A program made the translations under genes and the position numbers. 64,000 bases of DNA, from the NCBI GenBank assembly GCA_020633335.1, contig JACKDU010000002.1, forward strand, positions 378,730 to 442,729, read 5' to 3'. The stretch is from Myxococcales bacterium (GTDB lineage: Bacteria; Myxococcota_A; Polyangia; Nannocystales; Nannocystaceae). How positions within the stretch are numbered: the first letter of the stretch is position 1; the number at the start of each line of letters is the position of its first letter. This document shows positions 17,037 to 25,853 of the stretch, in pieces. The notes below the pieces were generated by a model. It had not been told where the DNA came from, searched no databases, and was given only the letters and a program-made list of their open reading frames with translations.

Positions 17037-17049
17037 CCCTTTGGTCATG
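17036..17049. repeat. Palindrome TGACC-cttt-GGTCA that includes the stop codon of the epimerase gene; a related TGACC-caaa-GGACAG lies at 17887-17901 and includes the next gene's stop
   Basis: Seen directly; both start at the TGA stop codon. Confidence 0.5.
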
Positions 17050-17166
17050 TTCTTCCGGCGCCCGGGTGGCGGCTCCGCGGTCCCGTCTCGCGGCGCCGCT
17101 TCACGGCCCCGCGGGGCCGCGCGCGACCCTCACGGCCCCGCGCGAGCGCGTGATACGCTCGCGGCG

Positions 17167-17889
17167 ATGTCAGGCCCCCGCTCGCCCCGCCCCGGCGCCC
17201 TCGCGCTCGTCCCCCTCGTCGCCGCGCTCGCCTGCAGCGGCGGCGAATCGGCCGACAAGCCGACGACCCGGGTCGATCCCCCGAAGAGCGCCAGCCCCAG
17301 CGCCGAGGCGGCCCCGGCGAGCGCGACCGCGGAGAAGGCCCCCGACGCCCCGAAGCCCGGCGCAGACGCCGACGCCGACGCCGACAAGGACGGCCGCTTC
17401 ACCAGCAGCGACGGCCTGGTCAGCGCCCCCCGGCCGCGCGGCGAGGGCTGGGAGTGCGAGGAGCGGGTCGCCCGCCCGCCGGATCCGGAGACCACCCTGA
17501 TCAAGTGCCGGCAGACCACCCCCGGCCGCTTCTTCTTCTTCATGGCCAAGGACTACGCGGTCCCCGAGGAGCAGATCCGGAGGCCCGAGGGGATCGTCCG
17601 CGAGGTCCTCCCGCGGACCTACGACAAGCTCTACGAGAGCTACACCTTCACCCGCGAGGAGCCGGTGCTGGTCGCCGGGAACGCCGGGATCGACCTCTGG
17701 ATCGACGCCGTCCACGCCAAGACCGGGCCGATCCGCAAGCGCGAGCGGGTCCTCACCCAGGGCCAGCACGTCTTCATCCTCTCCGCCGAGGGGCTCCCCC
17801 CCGACTACGAGGCCGAGGAGGCGGCGATCGACGCCTGGCTCACGGGCGCGGCGTTCAAGAACCTCACCGAGGCGCCCGCCGCTCCCTGA
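17167..17889 (+). CDS. Lipoprotein of unknown function (paralog of 19193-19915)
   Basis: I used the internal ATG of track ORF 16567-17889. Signal peptide with lipobox LVAALACSG. Shares FTSSDGLVSAPRPRGEGWEC...TLIKCRQ...RFFFFMAKD...LPRTY...IRKR...SAEG...IDAW with the paralog. Confidence 0.75.
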   Translation: MSGPRSPRPGALALVPLVAALACSGGESADKPTTRVDPPKSASPSAEAAPASATAEKAPDAPKPGADADADADKDGRFTSSDGLVSAPRPRGEGWECEERVARPPDPETTLIKCRQTTPGRFFFFMAKDYAVPEEQIRRPEGIVREVLPRTYDKLYESYTFTREEPVLVAGNAGIDLWIDAVHAKTGPIRKRERVLTQGQHVFILSAEGLPPDYEAEEAAIDAWLTGAAFKNLTEAPAAP

Positions 17890-18059
17890 CCCAAAGGACA
17901 GAGAGAGCGCCGCCGATCCCCCCGAGCCCCCGGAGACCCCCCGGAGGCCCCCGGAGGCGTCCGCGCCCAGGCCCCCGGGAGCGGGCGCCCCGCCCCGCCG
18001 CCGCCGGGCCGCGATTCCTCCTTGACCCGCTCGCCCGTCGCCCCAACACTCCTCGGCCG

Positions 18060-19145
18060 ATGGGCGCCGAAGCGCAGCCGTCGAGCCTCGAGGAGCTCGG
18101 CTGGGACGATCGCTGGGCGGCCGCCCTGGCCGACGCCGGGGTCGCCGGCGCGCCCGCGCGGGTGGCGATCGTCTACCAGGACCGCCTCGCGGTGGTCGAC
18201 GGCGCCAGGACCCGCTGGGCCGAGCTCCGCGGCCGCCTCCGCCGGCGCCTCGGCGACGATCCGGCCCACACCCCGGCGGTCGGCGACTGGGTCGTGATCG
18301 CCGACAACCCGGGCGGCGGGATGGCGACGGTCGAGGCGATCCTGCCCCGAAGGACCTGCCTCATCCGCCAGGCCGCAGGGCGCCGCACGGCCCCCCAGGT
18401 CGTCGCCGCCAACGTCGACACGATCTTCGTCGTCACCTCGCCGAACCGCGACTTCAGCCCCCGCCGGGTCGAGCGCTACCTCGCGGCGATCGCCGACGGC
18501 GGGGCCGCGGCCGCCGTCCTCCTCAACAAGATCGACCTCTGCGAGGGCGAGCTCGCCCGCTGGGTCGCCGAGCTCGAGGCGGTCGCCGGCGACGCGCCGG
18601 TCCACCCGCTCTCGGCGACCAGCGGCGCCGGCCTCGACGCCCTCGCCCCCTACCTCGGGCGCGGCCGCACCCTCGCCTTCGTCGGCTCCTCCGGGGTCGG
18701 CAAGTCGTCGCTGATCAACCACCTCCTCGGCGCCGAGCGCCAGGCGGTCGCCGAGATCCGCGAGGAGGACGACAAGGGCCGGCACACCACCACCCACCGC
18801 GAGCTGATGGCGATCGACGGCGGCGCCGGCGGCCTCGTGATCGACACCCCGGGGATGCGCGAACTCCAGCTCTGGACCGACGAGCCGGCGATCGGCGGGA
18901 CCTTCGAGGACGTCGAGGCGATCGCCGCCGGCTGCCGCTTCCGCGACTGCAAGCACCGCGGCGAGCCCGGCTGCGCGGTCGTCGCGGCGGTCGCCGAGGG
19001 CCGCCTCGCCGCCGAGCGCCACGCCGCCTTCCTCAAGCTCGCGGCCGAGCAGAGCGCCCACCAGCGCCAGCGCGCGGGCTCGGCCCGGATCGCCTCGCGC
19101 CGGCGCGCCCGCCTAGCCCGCGCCGACGGCGACGTCGAGGGCTAG
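18060..19145 (+). CDS. rsgA: Ribosome small-subunit-dependent GTPase A (RsgA/YjeQ)
   Basis: Internal ATG of track ORF 17454-19145. Circularly permuted GTPase motifs LNKIDL, GSSGVGKSSLIN and DTPG, plus the zinc finger CRFRDCKHRGEPGC. Confidence 0.9.
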   Translation: MGAEAQPSSLEELGWDDRWAAALADAGVAGAPARVAIVYQDRLAVVDGARTRWAELRGRLRRRLGDDPAHTPAVGDWVVIADNPGGGMATVEAILPRRTCLIRQAAGRRTAPQVVAANVDTIFVVTSPNRDFSPRRVERYLAAIADGGAAAAVLLNKIDLCEGELARWVAELEAVAGDAPVHPLSATSGAGLDALAPYLGRGRTLAFVGSSGVGKSSLINHLLGAERQAVAEIREEDDKGRHTTTHRELMAIDGGAGGLVIDTPGMRELQLWTDEPAIGGTFEDVEAIAAGCRFRDCKHRGEPGCAVVAAVAEGRLAAERHAAFLKLAAEQSAHQRQRAGSARIASRRRARLARADGDVEG

Positions 19146-19153
19146 CCCGATCG

Positions 19154-19175
19154 ACCTGTCCTCTCGGACATCTCC
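19154..19175. repeat. REP-like element ACCTGTCC-tctc-GGACATCTCC (reverse complement of the 15858 element)
   Basis: In the 47-nt convergent gap between rsgA and the paralogous lipoprotein gene. Confidence 0.6.
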
Positions 19176-19192
19176 ATCCGCGCGCCGCGGGC

Positions 19193-19915
19193 TCAGGGGA
19201 GGTTGGCGAGGCGGGCCCCGGCGAACCAGGCGTCGATCACCGGGCCCATCGCGTCGAAGACCTCCGGCCGCCCCTCCGCCGAGATCTCGAGGATGTGGGG
19301 GCCGTTGACGAAGATCCGCACGCGCTTGCGGATCTTGCCCATGCGCGCGTGCTCGGCCTCGATCCAGAGCTCCCGCCCGCGGATCCCGTGGCGCTCGACC
19401 TTGGCGCTCCGGGTGATCTCGAAGCGCGCGAAGAGCTCGCCGTAGGTCCGCGGCAGCGCCTCGTCGACCAGGCGATCGACGTCGCGGCGCTCCGACGCCG
19501 GCACCTCCGAGTCCTTGACCATCACGAAGAAGAAGCGATCACGATCGTCCTGGCGGCACTTGATCAGGGTCGCCGGCGGGCTCGGCGGCTCCGCCTGCTG
19601 CTCGAGGCACTCCCAGCCCTCGCCGGCCGGGCGCGGCGCCGAGACCAGGCCGTCGGCGCTGGCGAAGCGCTCGACCGGCGCCGCGTCCTCGCCCGCGTCG
19701 TCCGCCGCCGCGCCCTCGCCCTCGCCCGTCGCCGACGCGTCCTGCTCGCCGACCTCGCCGGGACCCTCGGCCGCCTCGCCGCCCGCGTCCGTCGCCTCGC
19801 CCGCGGGGGTGATCGTCGCCGTGCCCCGACAGGCGGCGGCCGCGAGGAGCGTGGCGAGGAGCGCAGTCCAGGTGATCCCCGCGCGCTGGCGAGCACGTGC
19901 CATCACCTCAACCAT
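19193..19915 (-). CDS. Lipoprotein of unknown function (paralog of 17167-17889)
   Basis: Lipobox LLATLLAAAAC, and the same conserved core FASADGLVSAPRPAGEGWEC...TLIKCRQ...RFFFVMVKD. Start is ambiguous; Met candidates are at 19981, 19915 and 19903. Confidence 0.75.
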   Translation of the reverse strand: MVEVMARARQRAGITWTALLATLLAAAACRGTATITPAGEATDAGGEAAEGPGEVGEQDASATGEGEGAAADDAGEDAAPVERFASADGLVSAPRPAGEGWECLEQQAEPPSPPATLIKCRQDDRDRFFFVMVKDSEVPASERRDVDRLVDEALPRTYGELFARFEITRSAKVERHGIRGRELWIEAEHARMGKIRKRVRIFVNGPHILEISAEGRPEVFDAMGPVIDAWFAGARLANLP

Positions 19916-19952
19916 ATCGGAGGTCAAGCGCCTGCTGGTAACCTCTGACTCG

Positions 19953-20906
19953 ATGGAAGAGCGCAACCCCTTCATGGTCAAAAAGGCGCGCCCCCTGGTC
20001 CTCGGCCACCGCGGGGTCCCGCTCCTCCATCAGGAGAACACGCTCGCGGCCTTCCACAGGGCCCGCGAGCTCGGCGTCGACGGCGTCGAGCTCGACGTCC
20101 GCTGCACCCGCGACGGCCAGGTCGTGGTCTTCCACGACGACGAGACCACCCGCCTCACCGGGGTCGCCGGGCGGATCGAGGACATGACCTGGGATCAGGT
20201 GTCGCGCCTGCGGATCCAGCGCGATCTCTTCATGGGCAAGGCCGCCGACGGCTCGGACGTGGTCCTCCACTACGAGCGTGACGAGCGGATCCCCCTCCTC
20301 GCGGAGGTCCTGGACGAGCTCGCGGGCGCGCTGGCGATCAACGTCGAGCTCAAGCCGGCGACCCCAAATTGGCGCGAGCGCCACGTCGGCACCCGCACCG
20401 CCCGGGTGATCCGCGACGCCGCGGTCCTCGACTCGGTGATCGTCACCTCCTTCGACTTCTTCAAGCTCCACGCCCTCGAGAAGGAGCACTCGCCGATCCA
20501 CTCCGGCTTCGCCTACGACGACGACTTCGCGCTGGTGCTGCCGCGCTGGATCTCCCGGCTCCCCGACCTCGAGACCCAGGTGACCGAGATCGCCGAGGGC
20601 GAGAGCCGCAACCGCGAGGCGCTGGTCAACCGGCTCTTCGAGGCCAACCGGATCGGCCGCTGGATCGGCGCCAGCGTCGTCGCCGGCGAGCACACGCTGA
20701 TCGAGCCCGACAGCATCGGCCGCTTCAAGGCGCGGGGGACCGCGGTCGGCACCTTCACCTTCTTCCCGCTCGAGATGACCGGCGTCCGCCACCACCTCAG
20801 CGACGAGGCGCAGGTCAGCCGGCTCCGCGAGCTCCACGAGCAGGGCGTCGACTGGATCGAGACCGACGATCCGGTGCGGGCCATCGAGCTGCTCGAGCGC
20901 GTCTAG
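19953..20906 (+). CDS. Glycerophosphodiester phosphodiesterase (GDPD family)
   Basis: Internal ATG of track ORF 19515-20906. LVLGHRGVP...ENTLAAF...GVDGVELDVRCTRDGQVVVFHDD is a canonical GDPD N-terminus. Confidence 0.85.
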   Translation: MEERNPFMVKKARPLVLGHRGVPLLHQENTLAAFHRARELGVDGVELDVRCTRDGQVVVFHDDETTRLTGVAGRIEDMTWDQVSRLRIQRDLFMGKAADGSDVVLHYERDERIPLLAEVLDELAGALAINVELKPATPNWRERHVGTRTARVIRDAAVLDSVIVTSFDFFKLHALEKEHSPIHSGFAYDDDFALVLPRWISRLPDLETQVTEIAEGESRNREALVNRLFEANRIGRWIGASVVAGEHTLIEPDSIGRFKARGTAVGTFTFFPLEMTGVRHHLSDEAQVSRLRELHEQGVDWIETDDPVRAIELLERV

Positions 20907-20973
20907 TCTGGGAGGCCGCGGCCCGGGCGAGCGCGGCGGGCGATTTCGCCCGCCCTCTGGTATCGTCCCGGCG

Positions 20974-22302
20974 ATGCGTCGCGCCCCTGCCCTCGCCCTC
21001 GCCCTCGTCACTCCGCTCCTCGTCGCGCCGCTCGCCTGCTCGGGCGACGACACCGGCGACGGCGGCTCGACCTCGCCGATCACCAGCGCGAGCGCGAGCG
21101 CGACCGCGACCGCGACCGCGACCGCGACCGCGACCGGCGCGAGCACGACGGGCTCGACGACCAGCGGCGGCGCGTCGACCTCGAGCGGCGGCGACTCGAG
21201 CAGCGGCGGGGGCACCGAGGCCTCGACCAGCAGCGCCAGCGAAACCCAGGGATCGAGCGGCGGCCCGGACACGACCGGCGACGCGACGACCACCGGCGGG
21301 ATCGAGCCGCCTCCCTACGCCTGCCCGCCCGGCCTCGATCCCTGCCCCGCCTTCCCCGGCGCCGCCTGGGAGAGCCGCGATCCCGCCGAGCTCGGCCTCG
21401 ACGCCGGGCTCCTCGGCCAGCTCGCGTCGGCGACCGGCGGCGGCCAGGGCTGCGTGTTCCGCTACGGCTACCTCGCAACCTGCTGGGGCGATCCAGGCGC
21501 GGAGTTCGAGTGGGCGTCGGCGTCGAAGCCGGTGTGGTCGACCTTCCTCCTCCTCGCGGTCGCCGAGGGGAAGCTCGCTGACGTCGACGCGCCGATCGCC
21601 GCCTGGAATTGGCCGCTCCAGGGCGCCGATCAGGCGATGACCTTCCGCCACCTCGCCAACCAGGTCAGCGGCTACGCGCTCCCGGAGGCCCCCGGCGCGG
21701 CCTGGGGCTACAACGACTACGCGATCAAGCTCTACGCCCGGACCCTCTTCGAGCGGGTCTTCACCGACGGCGACGCCGACGCGGTCGCGGCCGCGCCGGG
21801 CCGCCTCGGCCCCCTGCAATTCCAGGACGGCCCCTTCTTCTCGCTGGTCAAGGGCGCCCCGCGGGTGACCACGACGCCGCGGGACTTCGCCCGCTTCGGC
21901 TGGCTCTGGGCCAACCACGGCCGCTGGGGCGAGACCCAGATCGTCCCGAGCGATCTCGTCAACCTGGCCCTAACGCCAGGTGTCCCGGGCAACCTCCCGC
22001 GGACCGCCGGCGCCCCGGTCGACGACTACCTCGGGATCGGCAGCGCCGGCGGCGGCGCCGATCAGACCCCGCTGGGCCCGGGGATCTACGGGTTCAACTG
22101 GTGGATGAACCCGGGTCGGGCGACCTGGCCGAGCGCCCCCGCCGACACCCTCCAGGCCAACGGCCACTGGAACGGCGAGGTCCTCACGGTGATCCCGAGC
22201 CTCGGCCTGGTCGCCGCCTGGAAGGGCAAGGGCGGCGACCCGGCGAGCTTCAACGCGGCGATGGACCCGATCCTCGCGCTCCTGGTCGCGGCCGCGGGAT
22301 AG
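20974..22302 (+). CDS. Lipoprotein with Ser/Thr/Gly-rich linker and a C-terminal serine-hydrolase-like (beta-lactamase-related) domain
   Basis: Lipobox PLACSG, an (AT)n/STG linker, and a possible SxxK motif (SASKPVWST). The enzyme class is tentative. Confidence 0.7.
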   Translation: MRRAPALALALVTPLLVAPLACSGDDTGDGGSTSPITSASASATATATATATATGASTTGSTTSGGASTSSGGDSSSGGGTEASTSSASETQGSSGGPDTTGDATTTGGIEPPPYACPPGLDPCPAFPGAAWESRDPAELGLDAGLLGQLASATGGGQGCVFRYGYLATCWGDPGAEFEWASASKPVWSTFLLLAVAEGKLADVDAPIAAWNWPLQGADQAMTFRHLANQVSGYALPEAPGAAWGYNDYAIKLYARTLFERVFTDGDADAVAAAPGRLGPLQFQDGPFFSLVKGAPRVTTTPRDFARFGWLWANHGRWGETQIVPSDLVNLALTPGVPGNLPRTAGAPVDDYLGIGSAGGGADQTPLGPGIYGFNWWMNPGRATWPSAPADTLQANGHWNGEVLTVIPSLGLVAAWKGKGGDPASFNAAMDPILALLVAAAG

Positions 22303-22389
22303 CCCGGCGAGCGGCCGATTGTGACCCCGGCCCCGCGTCTGCCTCCGACCACCTGGCGCCCGCGACCTCCGGCGCGCTAGTCTCGCGGC

Positions 22390-23364
22390 GTGCGATCTCT
22401 TGGAGCAGGCGGGCTCGCCCTCGCCCTCGCCCTCCTCCCCGCCTGCGTCCTCGCGCCCTTCGGCGCCACCGCGACCGCGACGAGCACGGACACCGGCGCG
22501 AGCGAGACCAACGGCGAGAGCGAGAGCGGCGGCCCGGCGGCCTCGCTGACGATCGCCACCTTCAACGTCCGCCGCTTCTTCGATCCGGTCTGTGACTCCG
22601 GCGCCTGCGGCCCCGACGACTTCGAGGAGGCGCCGACCCTCGCCGCCTTCGAGGCCCGCGCCGATCAGATCGCCGCGGCGATCACCGAGCTCGAGGCCGA
22701 CGTCGTCCTCCTCCAGGAGATCGAGAACCAGACCTGCATCGACGCGCTCCTCGCCCGCCTCCCCGAGTTCAGCGACGGCTACATCGGCGAGCAGGGCTAC
22801 GCGGCGTCGCTCGACACCGCGGTCCTCGTCGGCCTGCCCACGCTCGCCCTGATCTCCCACCAGGACGACGAGTTCCCCCGCCTCGACGGCAGCGGGCTCA
22901 CCTCCTTCACCCGCGATCTCCTCGAGGTCCACGTCGACGTCGACGGCGCCCGGGTGATCGTCTTCGCCGCCCACTTCCGCTCGAAGGTCGACGACGATCC
23001 CGGCCGCCGCCTCGCCGAGGGCCAGCGCGCGGGCGAGTGGCTGGCGATGCGCGCGGCCGAGTACCCCGAGGCGACGATCGTCCTCGGCGGCGACCTCAAC
23101 GACGTCCCGGCCTCGCCGCCGCTCCAGGCGCTCGAGTCGTCGGGGCCCCTCCTCCGGGTCGCCTCCGAGCTCGCGGACGACTCGACCTACCTCTACGACG
23201 GCAAGGCGTCGGCGCTCGATCACCTCTTCCAGGCGCTCTCGGCCGCGGGCGCCGCGGTCCCCGGCTCGGCGAAGATCTTCCGCTCGCCGACCGCCTGGGA
23301 CGGCGGCGGCTGGGGCGGCTCCGATCACGCCGCGCTGCGGGCGAGCTTCACGGTCGGCGGATGA
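22390..23364 (+). CDS. Endonuclease/exonuclease/phosphatase (EEP) family lipoprotein
   Basis: Lipobox LLPAC. EEP motifs include IATFNVRRF, LLQEIEN and C-terminal GGSDHAAL. Confidence 0.8.
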   Translation: MRSLGAGGLALALALLPACVLAPFGATATATSTDTGASETNGESESGGPAASLTIATFNVRRFFDPVCDSGACGPDDFEEAPTLAAFEARADQIAAAITELEADVVLLQEIENQTCIDALLARLPEFSDGYIGEQGYAASLDTAVLVGLPTLALISHQDDEFPRLDGSGLTSFTRDLLEVHVDVDGARVIVFAAHFRSKVDDDPGRRLAEGQRAGEWLAMRAAEYPEATIVLGGDLNDVPASPPLQALESSGPLLRVASELADDSTYLYDGKASALDHLFQALSAAGAAVPGSAKIFRSPTAWDGGGWGGSDHAALRASFTVGG

Positions 23365-24140
23365 TCACGGACGAGCTCTCGCCGGCCGATCGGGCCGACC
23401 TCTACGCGCGCCTCCACAGCGGCAACCCCGGCGATCTCGAGCGCTACCGCCGGGCCTGCGAGGGGGCGACGACGATCCTCGAGCTCGGCTGCGGCGAGGG
23501 TCGGGTGCTCCGGGCGCTCGCCGCCCCGGATCGCCACCTCGTCGGCGTCGACCTCGACCCCGGCCTCCTCGCCCTCGCCCGCCACCGCTGCGGCCGCGCC
23601 CGTCCGCGCCCCGCGAGCCTCCGCCTGATCGCCGGCGACATGCGGACGCTCGCGCTCGGCCGCGCCTTCGAGCGGGTGCTGATCCCCTACTCGGGGATCT
23701 TCTGCCTGGCCGACGAGGCCGAGGTGATCGCCGCCCTCAGCCGCGCCCGCGAGCACCTCGCGCCCGGCGGCGAGGTGATCTTCGACGCCTACCAGGTCGA
23801 CGCGGTCCACGACGAGCTCGCCGGCGAGGCGATCGTCGACGACCCGCCGATCGCGGTCGCCGAGCTCCGCTGGCGGGGCCGCGACTACGATGTCCTCGAG
23901 GCCAGCCGGTGGCGGCCGGGCGAGCAGGTCGTCGAGGTCCGCTACGAGCACCGCCCGCGCGACGGCGGGGCGCCGATTCGCAGCGCGATCCGCCACCGCT
24001 ACCTCCTCGTCCGCGAGCTCCCGCGCCTCCTCGTGGCCGCCGGCCTCCGCCTCCTCGCGCTCGAGGGCGGCTTCGAGGGCGCGCCCCTCGACGAGGCGAG
24101 CGAGCAATTCGTCGTCCGGGCCGCGGCCGCCGACGGCTGA
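23361..24140 (+). CDS. Class I SAM-dependent methyltransferase
   Basis: Motif I ILELGCGEGRVL. The start ATG overlaps the upstream stop (ATGA). Internal ATG of track ORF 23037-24140. Confidence 0.8.
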   Translation: MITDELSPADRADLYARLHSGNPGDLERYRRACEGATTILELGCGEGRVLRALAAPDRHLVGVDLDPGLLALARHRCGRARPRPASLRLIAGDMRTLALGRAFERVLIPYSGIFCLADEAEVIAALSRAREHLAPGGEVIFDAYQVDAVHDELAGEAIVDDPPIAVAELRWRGRDYDVLEASRWRPGEQVVEVRYEHRPRDGGAPIRSAIRHRYLLVRELPRLLVAAGLRLLALEGGFEGAPLDEASEQFVVRAAAADG

Positions 24141-24150
24141 TCCCGCGGCC

Positions 24151-25134
24151 TCAGCCGGCGCGCGGGAGCGCCCGCAGCCGCGCCCGCTCGAGCACCGGCG
24201 CCCCCTCGCCGATCCGGAGGACGCACTCGTCATCGGCGGCGACGATCGTCTCGAAGAGCTCGATCGGCTCGGTCGAGAGGATCCCGCGCTCGCGGAGGAA
24301 GCGGTCGCGCGCGGCCGGATCCGGCGCGTCGTCGCCCGCGAAGTGCGCGCGCGGTCGCAGCGAGAGCGCGGCCCGATCGGCGGCGACCGAGACCTCGCCG
24401 ATCACAAAGGCCGCGCTCCGCTGCTCGAGGAGGAGCCAGCTCCCGAGCTCGGCGTCGTCGGCGTCCCGATCCCGGCGGGCGCCGACCTCGTAGGCGACGC
24501 AGGGGCGGCCGCTGAGGGGCGCCCGCAGGAGCTCGGCGGCGGCAGGACGCCCCTGGATCCGGGCCCCGCGTCGACGCGAGCCCGACGCCAGCGACATCAG
24601 CCAGCGGGCGGGCAGCGGCTTCGCCTGGCTGCCGGCGAGGCGACGGCTGAGGATCGTCCCGGCCGTCAGGAGGAGCGGCATCAGGCAGACCAGCCAGAGC
24701 GAGATGTAGATCGGGTCGAGGGTGTGGGCGACGACGATCGCCCAGACCAGCACGGCGATCATCCCGAGCGCGCCGGCGACGATCCCGTAGCCGAGCGCCC
24801 GCGAGAGGAGCCGATGCCCGCGCGACGCCCGGGCCGGGGCGTCCTCCTCGTCGATCCGCGCGAGCGCGACGATCGCCCCGTTCGGCCGGAGATCGGCGAG
24901 CGCTGGCCGCCGGCAGGCGACGCAGACCCGCGGCGACGAGGCGCCCGCGACCTGCTCCGGCGGGTGGAGGCGGCCGCACTCGAGGCAGAGCCAGAAGCAG
25001 GGGAAGGGCGCGAGATCGGCCGCCTCCGGGCTCCCGCGGTGCGGCGAGTGGGGCATGCGCGGGCGCTCGAGATGGCGCGACGCCTGCCGCAGGCTGCGGA
25101 GCGCATCGTTGAAGGCGGCCGCTCCGCTGACCAT
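24151..25134 (-). CDS. Hypothetical protein with N-terminal zinc-ribbon-like Cys cluster and two TM helices
   Basis: CFWLCLECGRL...CVACRR followed by hydrophobic helices (GIVAGALGMIAVLVWAIVVA; ISLWLVCLMPLLLTAGTIL). The opposite-strand ORF is low-complexity antisense. Confidence 0.55.
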   Translation of the reverse strand: MVSGAAAFNDALRSLRQASRHLERPRMPHSPHRGSPEAADLAPFPCFWLCLECGRLHPPEQVAGASSPRVCVACRRPALADLRPNGAIVALARIDEEDAPARASRGHRLLSRALGYGIVAGALGMIAVLVWAIVVAHTLDPIYISLWLVCLMPLLLTAGTILSRRLAGSQAKPLPARWLMSLASGSRRRGARIQGRPAAAELLRAPLSGRPCVAYEVGARRDRDADDAELGSWLLLEQRSAAFVIGEVSVAADRAALSLRPRAHFAGDDAPDPAARDRFLRERGILSTEPIELFETIVAADDECVLRIGEGAPVLERARLRALPRAG

Positions 25135-25331
25135 TGAACGACCATGGGACCGGATCTCCAGGCCCGCAAGACGTCGACGACCGAACGCCGACCGGGGCCG
25201 CGAGCCGCACTACGTGGCGCACCACGACGACCCCGTGCGCCCAGGCCCGCGAGCCTGCTGGCCGCCGACCGCCCGCCTGGTGTACGCCGAGGGCGACGCG
25301 CCCGGCCGCGTCGACGCCCAGGAGCCGCGCC

Positions 25332-25841
25332 ATGCCCCTCCCCGCCCCCTTCGATCTCCGCCGCTTCGTCGACACGCACCGCGACCTCCTCCGCCCGCCG
25401 GTCGGCAACGCCCGGGTCTTCGACGACGGCGACTTCATCATCATGGTCGTGGGCGGGCCCAACCACCGCCGCGACTTCCACGTCGATCCCGGCGAGGAGC
25501 TCTTCTATCAGCTCGAGGGGGCGATCACCCTGGTCGTGATCGACGAGGGGCGCCCCCGCGAGGTCTCGATCGGCGAGGGCGAGATCTTCCTCCTGCCGGC
25601 CGGCGTCCCCCACTCGCCGCGGCGCGGACCCGACACGGTCGGCCTGGTGATCGAGCGCCGGCGCCTGGCGGGCGAGGTGGACGCGCTCCAGTGGTACTGC
25701 GAGGCCTGCGGGGCGCTCACCCACGAGCGCCGCTTCGCCCTCAAGGACATCACCACCGAGCTGGCGGCGGCGATCGCCGAGGTCCAATCGGACATTTCCC
25801 TGCGGACATGTCCTTCGTGTGGCGAGGTATCGCCCCCCTGA
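25332..25841 (+). CDS. nbaC: 3-hydroxyanthranilate 3,4-dioxygenase (cupin, with C-terminal rubredoxin-like Cys4 site)
   Basis: Internal ATG of track ORF 25134-25841. FYQLEG...GEIFLLPAGVPHSPRR is the 3-HAO signature, with WYCEACG and CPSCG Cys pairs. Confidence 0.85.
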   Translation: MPLPAPFDLRRFVDTHRDLLRPPVGNARVFDDGDFIIMVVGGPNHRRDFHVDPGEELFYQLEGAITLVVIDEGRPREVSIGEGEIFLLPAGVPHSPRRGPDTVGLVIERRRLAGEVDALQWYCEACGALTHERRFALKDITTELAAAIAEVQSDISLRTCPSCGEVSPP

Positions 25842-25853
25842 TCGCCGGCGGCG

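Noticed and set aside
14556-17048. 830-aa minus-strand ORF 14556-17048
   Set aside because: It spans three well-supported + strand genes (the Cys-repeat lipoprotein, the epimerase and the start of the paralog lipoprotein). Its translation is G/A/R/E low-complexity sequence, so it is an antisense shadow.
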